Below, in pieces: positions 1-13,295 of a DNA stretch of 64,000 nt. The notes under the pieces are model-generated. The model saw only the letters and a list, made by a program, of their open reading frames with translations. It did not search any database and was not told the DNA's origin. A program made the position numbers and the translations under genes. Source of the DNA: Antedon mediterranea (taxonomy: Eukaryota; Animalia; Echinodermata). The stretch is from assembly GCF_964355755.1 (NCBI RefSeq), contig NC_092677.1:15832101-15896100 (forward strand), in the 5' to 3' direction. The stretch's first letter is position 1. Every line of letters begins with the position of its first letter.

Positions 1-923
1 CATGACGATAAATGACCATTAAAATGAGGGGAACAAAATTTGCATCAGCATAGTAAAAAACAATATTTTCGTATGGATTTTAAACTCATATTCTATTTTT
101 AACGATTTATTTTTGATCCGCTAATAAGTAAGGGCTTATTCGGAGTACGTTCTAGAAATTAGTGATAGGTTAAGTAGCGTACGGTACATCGTATAATTGC
201 ATCGTTTGTGACTGGTGATGTTGTGATAGTGTGAGATTGATGTATTAAAACGTGAACCGTAGAGCATGTGGAAACGGCTGCTTCATTTTTGACAGAAAAT
301 TTTATCAATTACAATTATTAGTTGGTGTGCTTTTTTGAAACTATAATCAGCTATTTAAAGATGTATTTATTGTCACACAAAAACATGAAAATGAAGATTG
401 TTAAAACTTTGACTTTGAAGAATAGGCAATTTTGTAATTTAATAAAGATAATACACTTATAAAAAGAAAAAATAAACGGTTATATTCAATCAAAAATCCA
501 TTGACTACCAGTCAATTTGACCCTTTTTTCATTTGCCAAATTTTGGTCAAAGTTGATAACTATTATGAGACATTAAAATAGCATATTGCATCTTTAAAAT
601 GGATAAACATTTGGTAACCTGCATAATTTCCATAATTCAATGATCAATTTGTCTTTGCTACAACATTGCATGTATTTCAAATAATGTTCCCCAGATAATA
701 AAAGTCAATTAGTTGATGACATTAAACAATGTGTAAAAAAATTATTTTAGCTTGTTTAGCTCAAACGGTAAAATGGCTTATTTTCCAAAATGTAAACTCG
801 TTTATTTTGATGTGTAAAGAAATGTTTAAAGCTTAATAATATTGAAATAAAATCATCGAAAGATGAGTAAATGAAAACCTCTATTTCCATGGGATAACAG
901 TTTGGGTTGTTTTTTATTGAGTT

Positions 924-944
924 AAGCTCTGTCTACACTATCAA

Positions 945-1017
<73 letters not shown>

Positions 1018-1140
1018 ATACTACTACTATAAAAAAGTGTGATGTGCCCCAAAATGATTGTGATATGACGTTATCGGGTTCATATATGGGCACATCACAT
1101 CTTGTGTCACAAAAAGAGTGGACAAAAGGTTGTAGAGTGG
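924..1140. mobile_element. Tourist/Harbinger-like MITE (AGCTCTGTCTACACTATCAAACT family) containing an expanded (ACT)n
   Basis: Left terminus aagctctgtctacactatcaaact and internal tgtgatgtgccc...gggcacatcaca. Other copies lie at about 2702-2850, 13027-13155, 31483-31625, 42108-42208, 44070-44182 and 46102-46238. Confidence 0.75.
945..1029. repeat. (ACT)n microsatellite, about 28 units
   Basis: Directly visible; it produces the spurious poly-Val tail of ORF 941..1318. Confidence 0.97.
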
Positions 1141-1170
1141 ACAAAATATCTTTTTGAAAACTATTATTAC

Positions 1171-4100
1171 TTGGAGACATATTGTCAAAGTTAAAGTTTC
1201 CTGTAAGAACATCTAGCACTATACGTTCGTCTTCGTCTTCGACTGTGTTTCGAAATGTTTCCAGCCATGACATAATCTCTGTCATCTGTAGTGACCGGGT
1301 TTCATGATCTAAAAACAAAGTAATTGAAAAAAATAGGTATAATTAATAAGTATATATAATTTTAAATGGTAGCTTTTTGTCTCTATTTTAAAAGTAAAGT
1401 ATATCCCTTCTCGTCATAGCCATTAGTAATGTTGTCGAAAATGTGTTACCTACACCATATTATTTATTCAATGATTTTCGAGGATTTGCAAAAAAATACA
1501 GTATATAATATTATATCCCCGCCAAATTAACAGATGAGGCAAATTCTGGCAAAATCTCTCTTTATCTCTCTTATCTAATATTTTACCATGTGAAATGTAG
1601 TTACATTTTAAATTTCCATAACTTTCAGCAGATTAGTTTGTTTTAATCCTCCGTTAGTCTTTTGTGTTGGGTATAGTGATGTTATAAGGTATAAGTATAC
1701 AAGTAGGCCTACTTCTAAACGCCAAAAATGATAATGCTCTCTTTTTTATCATTTGTAATGCTAGGGAAAATTATAGTAAGTGCTAATGCCACCAGAGTGA
1801 AAATTACTTATGACAAATTGCGAAATAAAATTATTAATAAATAACCACTTAGCATGAATTGGTGTGGACAAGGTAAGCCAATTTGAATGTTACTATATGC
1901 ATTCTCTTATCCAATAACATAAATTTATGCGGGAGATTAATGTGTATTAACGCCCATGTAATTGTATTTCCATTATTGGCAGGTCGTCCCTGGATGGATG
2001 GATGCCATGTCTCGACATCTTCATTTTGCAATGTGTAACCGAACAATCCCGCCCAATCTATTTCATTTGTTTTCGGATGCTTTAGCAGGGAATTAATATC
2101 ACACTTCCCTGTTTAAATATATACACCTATTAAAGGGATAGTACACTCGGAGCCAAAAACCTGTCCTCTTAATGGGGATATCTCTTGAGTAGTGGCACCT
2201 CTATTCAGAGGAAATTAACAAAAAAACGAAATTGTCCTCTTAATCTCTTGTTTTTTGGAAAAACAAATATTCTAAAATGAACAATAATTGATTTAGATTA
2301 AAGGAATTGCAAAGAATTTGAAATTTAGCAGTCACATTTTCACCAATAATTTAATATTATAATATCCATTTTTGTAATATAATAACTAATTAAATTGTCC
2401 ATATGGTATAATACATTACAAAGAAAACAAAAAAGATAATTAATAAAATTATACTAAGTATTGTTAGGCACTCTGTTCTTTGTAGGGCGCCATATAAAAA
2501 CCTGTATAGAATAGAATAGAATTTGGTTATTTTGTTAAAACTTCAGATTTCATATGAAATAATTGCATCATGTGAGAATCTACTGCATTAGTATACCTTG
2601 TGTTGATTGAAGCTGTGTCGTTGATATGTATCCGACAAGTCTTTGGCCTTCTGAAGTTGTACCAATATGTACCTAGAAGAAGGGTGAACTTATTAGTGTC
2701 TAATGCTCTATCAACACTATCAAACTTTATGTGCCAAAAAGAAATGGGATGTACCGACGGACATGATGTCATATCGCTACCATATTTCAGCACAATCACT
2801 ACCATATTTGGGCACATCACACTTTTTTTCACATACAGTGTACAGAGCTTACGACAATGATTTATAACATTTATCTAAGTGCTGTTCTTCACATATTTTG
2901 TCCTGTATCACAGGCCAAGTATACAACATATCATGTGATGCAGGTATAATGCCAGTTGAGCGCTGACTTTGTATTAACAGCTAGTAGGCCCTCTGTATCT
3001 GGTAGGCCTATTTATATGGAACACATGCCATGGATAAAGTTAACGCATAGGCCTGAACTCGATTTAAACTACCGGGCCGTATCTTTTTATATGCTAGCTG
3101 AAATATGTAGGCCCCTATACTTCCAAACTTTAAATGTAATTGGTCATTTGCAATTTAAAATATTCATAGAAAAGAATGAGGCAACAATATATCATACACA
3201 TCAATGATGCTAACGGAATAATTGTGTTCATTAATTATATTAAGCGCTGTTTGATTCCAGTGCATTTAGTTTCTTGTGTTGATTAACATAATAGGAAATT
3301 GGTTTATTACTTTTCCATTACAACTGTATACAATCTCATTGTTGATACTTTATCATTATCATATCTATGATTTCAAATGTAGGCTACATTTTAGTAATAC
3401 AGTCGATCGATATGCATACAGTAGTGGGTATATACGACCATTTCCGTTCCATTTCCAATAGTGACCTTTTTCCACCCAAGACTTTTAATTACGCAGAACA
3501 GTAGGTTCTACTAATACTTCACCTCGAATTGCTTTATTTAGGATATGATTATATAAAGTGAAAACTAAAATTCATTGGAAATACCTAGACAATTACCACC
3601 TAGAAACAGTAACGATGTAATCTAAAACGATTGTCCCATTCTAGCCCACACCACCCCAACCCGTAACGTTTTTGAGACCCTATTCTAGCCCACTTTCTCC
3701 ACTCTAGTGTTGAGTTTGGAGCCCCACTTGGTAATTTGTTATTAGCTTTGTGTGTTAATGGGTTAAATCAATCTAATCCCATCGTTTGACTAGTCCTCGT
3801 GATTTATATTATTCCTTCCCAGGTAAATTACATTTTGCTTTTTCCGACACAACGTTAAACCTCAATTAACTTGACTAATTGTATGATTTCACTAATTTAG
3901 TAATTAAAAATTCCGAATTGCAGTAATGTCATTTATTAAAGTAGACGAACGATGATTTTCTGAGCTTAGATCGATTTTTCCGATTCACTGCATGTTGGAT
4001 AGTACACAAACATAACTACTGTCAATGAGCGCATGCATATTAAAGTTATAAGAGTCTGTAAGTAATATTTTGATCTTTCACTTTTACGTTAAACCAAACG

Positions 4101-6626
4101 ATTTGCAATTATTTGGCACACCATAAGAGAAAATAAAAAAAATGAATGTAAATGGTGAACAATTTGTATTCACAATCTTAAATATGATTTATTCAAAGGT
4201 GGGCTGGGAAGATTGTCAATTCAAGGCAATTTTCCTTAGTAAAACTCGCTATATTGGTTCCCACTAAGACGAAACGCCAGGACGTAAACGCAACCTAAGT
4301 AATTTGACCAATCGTGACACAGTGGACCATCCAAACTGTCATGTCTGATTAGTCAACTTATACTTGCGTTGTGCGTACGTCATTCCGTTGCGTCAAAGAG
4401 GGAAGGAATATTTACGATAGCGTAAGTAGCTTACATGGACATAAATTAATCTATATCTTACCAAATAAAAAATACAATTATCTGCCATAAATGGGACAAA
4501 TGTTACCAGATCAAAGTTTACAAAAACCAAACATTGGCATATATACAAGTAAAATATGATATTGAGACATAATAATATTACCAGATTTGTCAATTAGTAG
4601 AAATAATGCTGTTAAGTGGTGGTTTTATAGTTATTGTTTGTGTTAGCGTAATAATAAAAAAGTAATGTTTCACCCAGGGGATGGTGATGACGTTTACCCT
4701 GATCAGATAAGGTGAGTGTTTCATATACATCACCATTACATGTATGATGCAAGGCGAGTAAAGAAATAACCCAGAAGCCCATTTCTTGTCCGTTTTACTC
4801 ATTGCTTCTTTATGCATTATGACTTCGTGTAACTGCCTACTATTAACTCCTACTAATCTATAATTTAATTGTTAATTATTTTGCGCATAACTTGTACTTT
4901 TATATATTTTTTTATCTGGTGTATAGCCTCAAATGTTTATCAATTAATGTCTAAGAAGGATTCTCGGGAAATAGTGACCTGAAAAAATAAGAAATGATGA
5001 TCTAGGCTGAAATAACTGGACATAAGCCTTTGTAACCGAAATTGGTAGAGCAAATATTGGTACGTCACACACTGAGGAAACAAAAACACATTACTAGCGC
5101 GCCCTGACATGGAACCCAAGGGAAACAGATAACCGCCTCAAAAAACACCTGGAGGAAAGAATAGGATTTTTCACTTCGTTTACTTCAGCAGCAGACGTTC
5201 TGTGCTATTTTAAACTGCCACGATAAACATACGAATACATATAGGTAAATTATGTCAATGAATAATTAAAATAAAAAAGTATTACCTTTGCCATCAGAAG
5301 CCCCTTGCAGATGGCTTTATCTTCTTTTTCTTTACCAGTAAAGTTTTTAAATTCAGCATCAATTACTGGATAACGGCTAGCAATAAGAAGCCCACTCGAT
5401 AACATGAACTTGTTTGCCGACCAGCTGCAGATACCAGCATCTGTCACAATGTGGCTAAACCACACTTGCAGACCTCTAACCAGATGTTTAGAGGCACAAG
5501 TATCAAATACTTCTTGAAGACAAAGGAAATCCATCTCTGGTGGAAAATTGATGCTTAAAGAATGTTCAAAATCTGTGATGATTTCGTGGCTGACGTCATG
5601 AAGGTGCCTCGTGTCAAAGGAAAAGAACACGGGACTGCTCGTTGAAACAGGTTCACTGACTGTTACGCCGTGATCACGCAGACAAACGCTAGGGTTTGAG
5701 TCAAAGAAACCAGTTGTAGACATGCTAGATGGTTGTGGCTTTCGTGGTCGTTGATCGGGTTCAGCATACCGGTTCACAGAAGTACGGTATCCACTGGTAC
5801 CAGAACCCCTGCGCATGTCAACTGAACTAAATGATAATCCTTCATTTATGCGTGATAGTTGGGTAAATCCTGTAGCTGCCACATCACCAGTTTGATCCTG
5901 CGCGTAACGACTCTTTACTAACGTTGCTGAATCGCTGAGTATACGATCACGCTGTATTCGACTACACGACGGATACGACACCTGAGCGACGAACACGTCG
6001 TCAAATATATCGTCACCACTAAACGTTCTTTGCGACTGATTATTCGCTAGTGACCTAAACTGTTCGTCAGTACTGCAAACGGATAGAATTTTCAAATCCG
6101 TAGCTGTTGGTGATTGCACAAATATTCTAGGATTCGGTCTTACCTGAGAATTCACAACATAGGCTGCAATTATCTGCGCGCGCTTTTCAACTTTACGTAG
6201 ATTGTTAATTCTTGACAGTGCTTCTGGTAATAGACATGTATTAAAAGAACTAACGTGAAAATATGGAAGTCGATTCCCATCTTCGAGACCAAGATACCCA
6301 TGCGGATTCTTCTCATATTTATTCAATTTATAATAATAAGCATACGGACAACGATATTTCTGTATAATTATTTTTAGTATGAAAGCAAACAATGCCAATG
6401 GAAACCATATTGCAATTATTCCTAAACACACAATGATTTTAATTAGTTTTGCAAAAAGTCGTACACAGCATAGTTCTTCTGCGTGTTCTTTGACTTCATC
6501 AGATGTGTTGATGAAGTTTGATAGCAGTTGGTTCATGCACCATACCCATACGTAGCAGGCTTGACATGACAGCCAATAGCTTATTGAGAGACACTTACTC
6601 GGGAACTCTGTCAGGTGCAACATCAT
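1171..6626 (-). CDS. SMPD3: Neutral sphingomyelinase 2-like (SMPD3/SMPD5 family, EEP fold), partial; 3' exons lie beyond the window start
   Basis: Exons 6626-5286, 2672-2597 and 1308-1171 are joined in phase by GT-AG introns. The N-terminus has two hydrophobic segments, and the motifs FNTCLLPEALSRINN, DFLCLQEVFD, SGLLIASRYP and KGLLMAK|VHIG match nSMase2. The expected THL and GDFN motifs read TQL and GNFN. Confidence 0.85.
4255..4404. mobile_element. Degenerate Harbinger-type MITE (GCTTGGTTCCCACTAG family)
   Basis: ttggttcccactaagacgaaacg...ttgcgttg...cgttgcgtc resembles the intact copy at 55769-55948. Further copies lie at about 12098-12380 and 48170-48288. Confidence 0.65.
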
Positions 6627-7706
6627 TCAAGGAGTCCCCTCAAGTAACACCACAGGAAACTACAACACTGTGTGAAATATAAAATAGATAGAGAACGTGT
6701 AGCTAACAAATCTTTACATTTGTAATCACGGGGCCACACTTGCAATCCTCTTTCAACCTGGGTCAGCCGGTGTACTTCCAATTATGATAACGCACATAAA
6801 GATAATGATAATTATGTTGAATTTGATGCAAGTTATTGACGACGAAAAAAATAAGTCTTACGTGGGTGTCTACCGATGGTAGGCCTACTGCTGGTGACGA
6901 TAATGACTGTGATGATTATAATGATGTACTGTAGCCTAGATATGGTTACATACAATAAGTAAGCTAATGATAATGATAAATTATACAAATTCTGTAATTC
7001 TTTTCCAATATTGGTGACGTATTAGAATGCAATTATAATTAAAATACATATTTACCATGACATTAAAGTAATTTTTACCTATAGAACATATTTGCTTATA
7101 ATAACGATTGAAAAATCTGTTGTGTAAATATTGATCAATATTTCCATAAAAAACCGTTTATATGAATATTTATACTACCATAGCGCTTCTTGTAAACGAC
7201 GAATTGACTAAAATTATTATTACTGGTGGTAGTATGGTGGTGGTGGTATCAACGTATGCCTAATAAAATTAACTTAATTAGCCTATGAATAATGAATTTT
7301 TGAACATATTTTTGTTTTAGTTTTGCAAAATAAATTCAATAAGACATTTCACAGTATCTATGATAAATGAGCAGATGTTTATATTAATTTACTATCTATA
7401 ATTTAATAAATAAAAATACCTACATATACTAGTAGCCTATTTGTTTAAATGAGATGATGCTGTTCTACCGTCCATAGCAGCAATTAGATAGATGTTCGGA
7501 TACAATTATCTGTGGATGTCACACCGCAACTTCACACTTCTCAGTGGACGAAGGCCACGCTTGAAATACTTTTGACACCTGACTGATAAAAACTCTTATC
7601 GATCAACAACCCACCAATTAGCCAAACATCGATTACAAAATCTGAGTGCGGTGTGCCTCTATAGGGGGCGACATATAATGTGATAATTTGAATGACAGAA
7701 GGCTCA

Positions 7707-10700
7707 TAGTAGAGCAGTTAATGACATGAGCTGTGCACTTTATTACCAAAGCATGAAACTTTCCACAAAGTGTCTTTGATGTATATAGATTCAAAATATC
7801 GGGGGGTGCCAAGTGTCCAACGTCCGGTATGGCGGCCATCTTGATTTCAAAATGGCCACCATAAAATCAAAAAATGTTCATATCTTGGCAACTATACACA
7901 TTAGAGACTTAATTCTGGTCTCAAATTGTTCACAAACTATATATTTCTATTTGCTCTAATGAAAAGTTTCGTCCAAAAATGACCGGAAATGACGTTTCTT
8001 ACAGTTTGACCTTTGACCTTGTATTTGTATATCTTTGTAACTACTGGTCATTTTCAATCGATTTTGGTGTCATTTTGTTCAGAATAAATACATTTATATT
8101 TGTAGTAGTGGAACATTTTCACATAAAATGACCGAAAATACAATTTATGACCTTTGACATTTATTTATTGATTTTTAATTATGTGAATATACTGTATGTG
8201 GTTTTTGTTGGTCTTAAATGCACCTAATTTTGAACTTTTACCTGATAGGCGTAATTATATTAAATGATTAATAGACTTAAATTGTATATAGTACATAAAA
8301 TTGGTAAACATTGTGCTTGGTGGTACCATTAGTTCAACGATGTTGGCACCTTCTGATTCGCTAAAAGTTTTAATAGTTTGACAGAGGAAATAACATACAT
8401 GTATGGAATACCGTAAAACCTCAAAAAGGTGATAGTATGAGCCTCTTTTCGAGATAGACTGTATTTGAATTTCAAATAATTAGTATGATGATCGTGTTTA
8501 TATCAATATATTATTAATGACCTTACAAAGAACCCTTTATATTTCAACAATTAAGCCTCAGTTATTCTACAATTTATTGTTTTCGAAGTGGTAGGCCTAT
8601 TTTGATTGCATCTTCTTTTTGTATGCTTCCTGGGTTAATATGGTCCTAACATTCCTTCTTTGTCTGTAGATGGTCTTACACCCTTTTCTTGATCTGTGGA
8701 TGGTCTTATACCCCCTTCTGTGTCTGTGGGTGGTCTTATACCCCCTTCTTTGTCTGGTGATGGTATTACACCCCTTTCTTTGTCTGTTGATGGTATTAAA
8801 CCCCTTTCTTTGTGTGTGGATGGTCTTACACCCCTTTCTTTGTGTGTGGATGGTCTTACACCCCTTTCTTTGTCTGTAGATGGTCTAACACCCCTTCTTT
8901 GTCTGTGGATGGTCCTATACCCCCTTCTTTGTATGTCGATGGTCCTACACCCCCTTCTTTGTCTGTTGGTGGTCTTATAATCCCTTCTTTGTGTGTGGAT
9001 GGTCTTGCACCCCTTCTTTGTCTGTGGGTGGTCTTACATCCCTTTCTTTGTTTGTAGATTGTCCGACACCCCTTCTTTGTCTGTGGATGGTCCTACACCC
9101 CCTTCTTTGTCTGTGGATGGTCTTATACCCTCTTCTTTATCTGTAAGTGGTCCTATACCACTTTCTTTGTCAGTGGATGGTCTTACACCCCTTCTTTGTC
9201 TGTGGATGGTCTTACACCCCCTTCTTTGTCTGTGGATGGTCTTATACCCCCTTCTTTGTTTGTGGATGGTCTTACCTCTCCTTCTTTGTCTGTGGATGGT
9301 CCTACACCCCCTTCCTTGTCTGTGAATGGTCCTACACCCCTTCTTTGTCTGTGGATGGTCTTATACCCCCTTCTTTGTCTGTAAGTAGTCCTATACACAT
9401 TTCTTTGTCAGTGGATGGTCTTACACCCCCTTCTTTGTCTGTGGACGGTCCTACACCCCCTTCTTTGTCTGTGGATGGTCCTATACCCTTTCTTTGTCAG
9501 TGGATGGTCTTACAACCCCTTCTTTGTCTGTGGACGGTCCTACACCCCTTCTTTGTCTGTAGATGGCCTTATACCCCTTTCTTTGTCTGTGGATGGTCTT
9601 ATACCCCCTTCTTTGTCTGTGGATGGTCTTACACCCCTTCTTTGTTTGTCTGTGGATGGTCTTATATCCCCTTCTTTGTCTGTGGATGGTCTTATACCCA
9701 CTTCTTTGTATATGGATGGTCTTACACCCCCTTCTTTGTATGTGGATGGTCTTACACCCCCTTCTTTGTCTGGACCCACTGCTTTGATTGATTAAATCAG
9801 ACATTGTTTCTTGTATGATTAGGAGACCAAGACCTTCAAAGTGAAAGTCCACAGGTGGATGCTTAAAAAGGTCTTGTACAGAACAGTATATTGTAGGTCC
9901 ATGTCACTAATTTGAGGATTATTTGAATAATTATATTGAGATGTCTTTTACGAATTGATTTGGTTCGGATTTTGCTAAAAAATCAATGACTAGAGAAAAT
10001 GATTCAGATGAAAGGTTTACAGCAATACCATAAAAATGGAGTACATTTTTTTAGATGCAACGAAAATGAACAAGAATTATCTGAGTTTTTGACTTTGAGG
10101 TCTACTGCACAAATGCAGGATAAGTTTGTAGTAAGTACTTTGAAAGATGGTGTTCTCTTCTCTTAACTCACGAAAATGAGAACTTTCCGAACTTGTCTCA
10201 TATGCAACATCAAAGAGGCCAACGAAAGAATGCTACTTTACATCAAAACTTTTTCCAAATGGCATCTAACAATTCAATTCAACATATGGTATAATACATA
10301 AAAAAAAAAAAAAAGAAAAGATGAAGGAGAGAGGACCAAAACTGTTATCTAACGATTGACACATCAAACAAGTCGGCATAGATGAGCTCAGTGATCTGTC
10401 ATACTTTATGCCTATCCTATCACATCAAACGTCAAAAATTCAGAATAATAATTCCTGGTCATTTTTGCGTTATGTGTCATTTATTTCGGTATAAAAATTA
10501 GGTGCATTTATACCAATGTAAACCACATACAGTATGTTCACATAATTATGTCATTGTCAAAGGTTATAAATTGTATTTCCAGTCATTTTATGTGAAAATG
10601 TTTCATTACTACAAATATAAATGTCTCTATTCTGAACAAAATGACACCAAAATCGATTGAAAATGATCAGTAGTTACTGAGATACAAATAATAGGTCAAA

Positions 10701-11015
10701 GGTCAAACTGGAAGAAACGTCATTTCCGGTCATTTTTGGACGAAACTTTACATTAGAACAAATAGAAATATGTGGTTTGTGAACAATTTAACACCAGAAC
10801 CAAGTCTCTACTGTTTATAGTTGCCAAGATATGAACACTTTTTGTTTTTATGGTGGCCATTTTGAAATCAAGATGGCCGCCATACCGGACGTTGGACACT
10901 TGGCACCCCCCGATATTTTTAATCTATATACATCAAAGAAACTTTGTGGAAAGTTTCATGCTTTGGTAATAAAGTGCACAACTTGGCTATTTTTATGGCG
11001 TTAACTGCTCTACTA
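7707..11015. mobile_element. Non-autonomous Academ-like DNA transposon (3.3 kb) with TIRs of about 450 bp
   Basis: Termini TAGTAGAGCAGTTAA / TTAACTGCTCTACTA. 7707-~8160 is the reverse complement of ~10555-11015. The 3-bp TSD TCA lies at 7704-7706 and 11016-11018. TAG termini with a 3-4 bp TSD are Academ hallmarks. Confidence 0.8.
8640..9772. repeat. 29-30-bp minisatellite (TCTGTGGATGGTCTTACACCCCCTTCTTTG), about 38 copies, inside the Academ-like element
   Basis: Directly visible tandem array; it generates the many overlapping repetitive ORFs at 8670-9852. Confidence 0.95.
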
Positions 11016-12393
11016 TCAGGATTGCTTACAAGTCAGTGTTTAGGATTAATTTAAAAAAAATTAGAAAAGAAACATTTTACAAAGATGTGTGAATTGTTTT
11101 AATGATTGGCTGCGGATACAACAAAATACATAAATTTGTAACTTTTATTGTCGAAAGTAAACTTAAGTTGAGATTTAAAAAAGATTACAGTAGTCCACTA
11201 ACATGTCTTGTTTACTGTTGTCAGAGGGCATTAACATTGACAATTATAAACAAAAGGTAAAGACATAACAAAGTTAAATGTGAAACAGTTCCACCTGTTT
11301 ACAATGTAGTAATAGGTTCATGAATATATAAACCAGTATGAATTAACTTAAAGGCAGTTTCGTATGGGTAAACGGCTTGACTTCGTCAGTAATTATAATA
11401 ACAGATCAGCTGACTAAGTCAAGCTGACAAGCTAGACAAAAAATCTTAACGAAACTTTACCTATCAATATATATGACAGTTTATAGAGATTTCAATTGCT
11501 TTAAATTAATTAACTAATTACTGTACACATTTTACAAAATGTATGTAATGTTTTTCTCGGGTGCCTATCAGATGCACCCCGTTTTCTGGCCGATTCTTGT
11601 ACGGTATCATGTCTAGTAACGTCTAACATCCTGTAGTATCATGTCTGCTTTACATACCATAACATGTAACTAATAAATATTAATCAAAACCTCTTAATAA
11701 TTTCTCTCTAAACTACAGTATCCCATGGGATGAAGGTAGCCGTTAGATGTTTAACATAGCTAGACGTGATACCGCTCGAGTATTGGATATGTTTTTAGTG
11801 TACCAAAGTATTAATTAACAAAATAATATTACTTACTGATAAGAACAATGGGGTAATTAATTAAAATCATCAAATACAAGATAACTAACATAACATATTT
11901 TCACTATAATAAAAAATTGAATATAAATTTATTTGTTATATCAATTTGAAATTCATAAAATAGAAATTTTAATTAAAAATTAAACAATTGTATCTAAAAT
12001 TAACATTTTGTTCTATTAGTTTATTTTGGAATGGTACTAAATACTAAACTAAATTAACAAATGAATGTTTTTTTTTTGTTTTTATTTATGTAGCCTTAAA
12101 CTTGGTTCCCACTAGGAAGGGTTGGTCCATACAAACATCACTGTACTATAATATACAGTACTCCCAGCAGCGTGGTGTTTGTTAACCAAACATTTGATAA
12201 AAGCCAATTGGGCCATCAAAAATCAGTCAAAACCCTTTGATCTCCAGAGCTCAGCATCCTGTTGTTAAATTGCATTGCTTGTGGTCAGTACAGGCAGTCA
12301 AATCAATTTTCCGAACTACATACAGTATGTGATGTGCCGCAAACTTTATATCAATATACGATTAAGTGGGAACCAAGCTTTTTTATTCATTAA

Positions 12394-12948
12394 AGGCCAG
12401 GTGCGGGCAAAAAATTTCTATTGATCATACATTCCAATAATTGTCGATCTATAGTTTTCCCTATGTTTCATAATTTTTGGAATTTTATTTGTGTTGCACA
12501 AGCTTGTTGAAAATAAGCACTTTCATATCAGTGGGGGTAGTTCAAATTACACAGTAAAATCTCTATTCTTTTGTACACAAATTTTGTAAATAGAGAGGCA
12601 CGTTATCAGATGACTAAATATAGGTAATATAACTTGAATATTACATTTCTGATATTTTTATTCAACTTCAGATTTTTATTTTCATGCTATAGCAAAAATT
12701 ATCCTCCGTATATCCACCATCTTTTTTCACCTTCTTGGGAGTCACCAGACATATGTTATTACATTAGGTTAACTACCTAACTACTGAAAAAAAAGTCTTC
12801 TTGGTTTTTATAGAAGAATTTTGCCAAATTTTTTATTTGACCATATTAAGGGAAATTCATATTTTTTCGTCTAGATTTCTGTTACAAATATTTTTTTTAT
12901 GTACAATTAATCATATATTATATTTAAATTCATGCCTGTACCTGAGCT
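12394..12948. mobile_element. Kolobok-like non-autonomous DNA transposon
   Basis: TTAA on both sides (12390-12393, 12949-12952) and imperfect TIRs AGGCCAGGTGCGGGCA / TGCCTGTACCTGAGCT. Confidence 0.55.
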
Positions 12949-13295
12949 TTAAATGAAGGGCCAGATACAAGTTTTTCTTCAGGGGAGCTTTAACATAAAA
13001 TATCAATAGTCTATCGGAAAAAGCTAAAGCTCTGTCTACACACTTATCAAACTGGGATGTGCTTAAATATGGTAGTGATATGCCCAAATATGCTAGTGAT
13101 ATAACATCATCATGTCCATATATAGGCACATCCACATTTGATAGTCAAGAGAGCTTCATAAAAAGTAGTTTATAATGTAATTTGAGCTGTCAACAGGGGA
13201 GTATGTTCCCCAAGCGCAAACCCCTGGATCTACCCCTGAAATGTCTTCCAGATACCCCAGAAGAAACAAACTATAAGTTAACACTGTATGCTTGA

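Noticed and set aside
941-1318. 125-aa ORF with a poly-Val tail
   Set aside because: It is a chimera of a real SMPD3-like exon (1308-1171), MITE sequence and the (ACT)n microsatellite.
1853-2038. Possible nested plus-strand mini-gene (ATG...CAAG|gtaag ... ggcag|GTCGT...TAA; MNWCGQGRPWMDGCHVSTSSFCNV)
   Set aside because: The splice-like signals are plausible, but it is only 24 codons with no recognisable homology and cannot be distinguished from chance without RNA data.
8670-9852. Many overlapping repetitive ORFs on both strands
   Set aside because: They are by-products of the 30-bp minisatellite, with frequent 1-bp indels between units.
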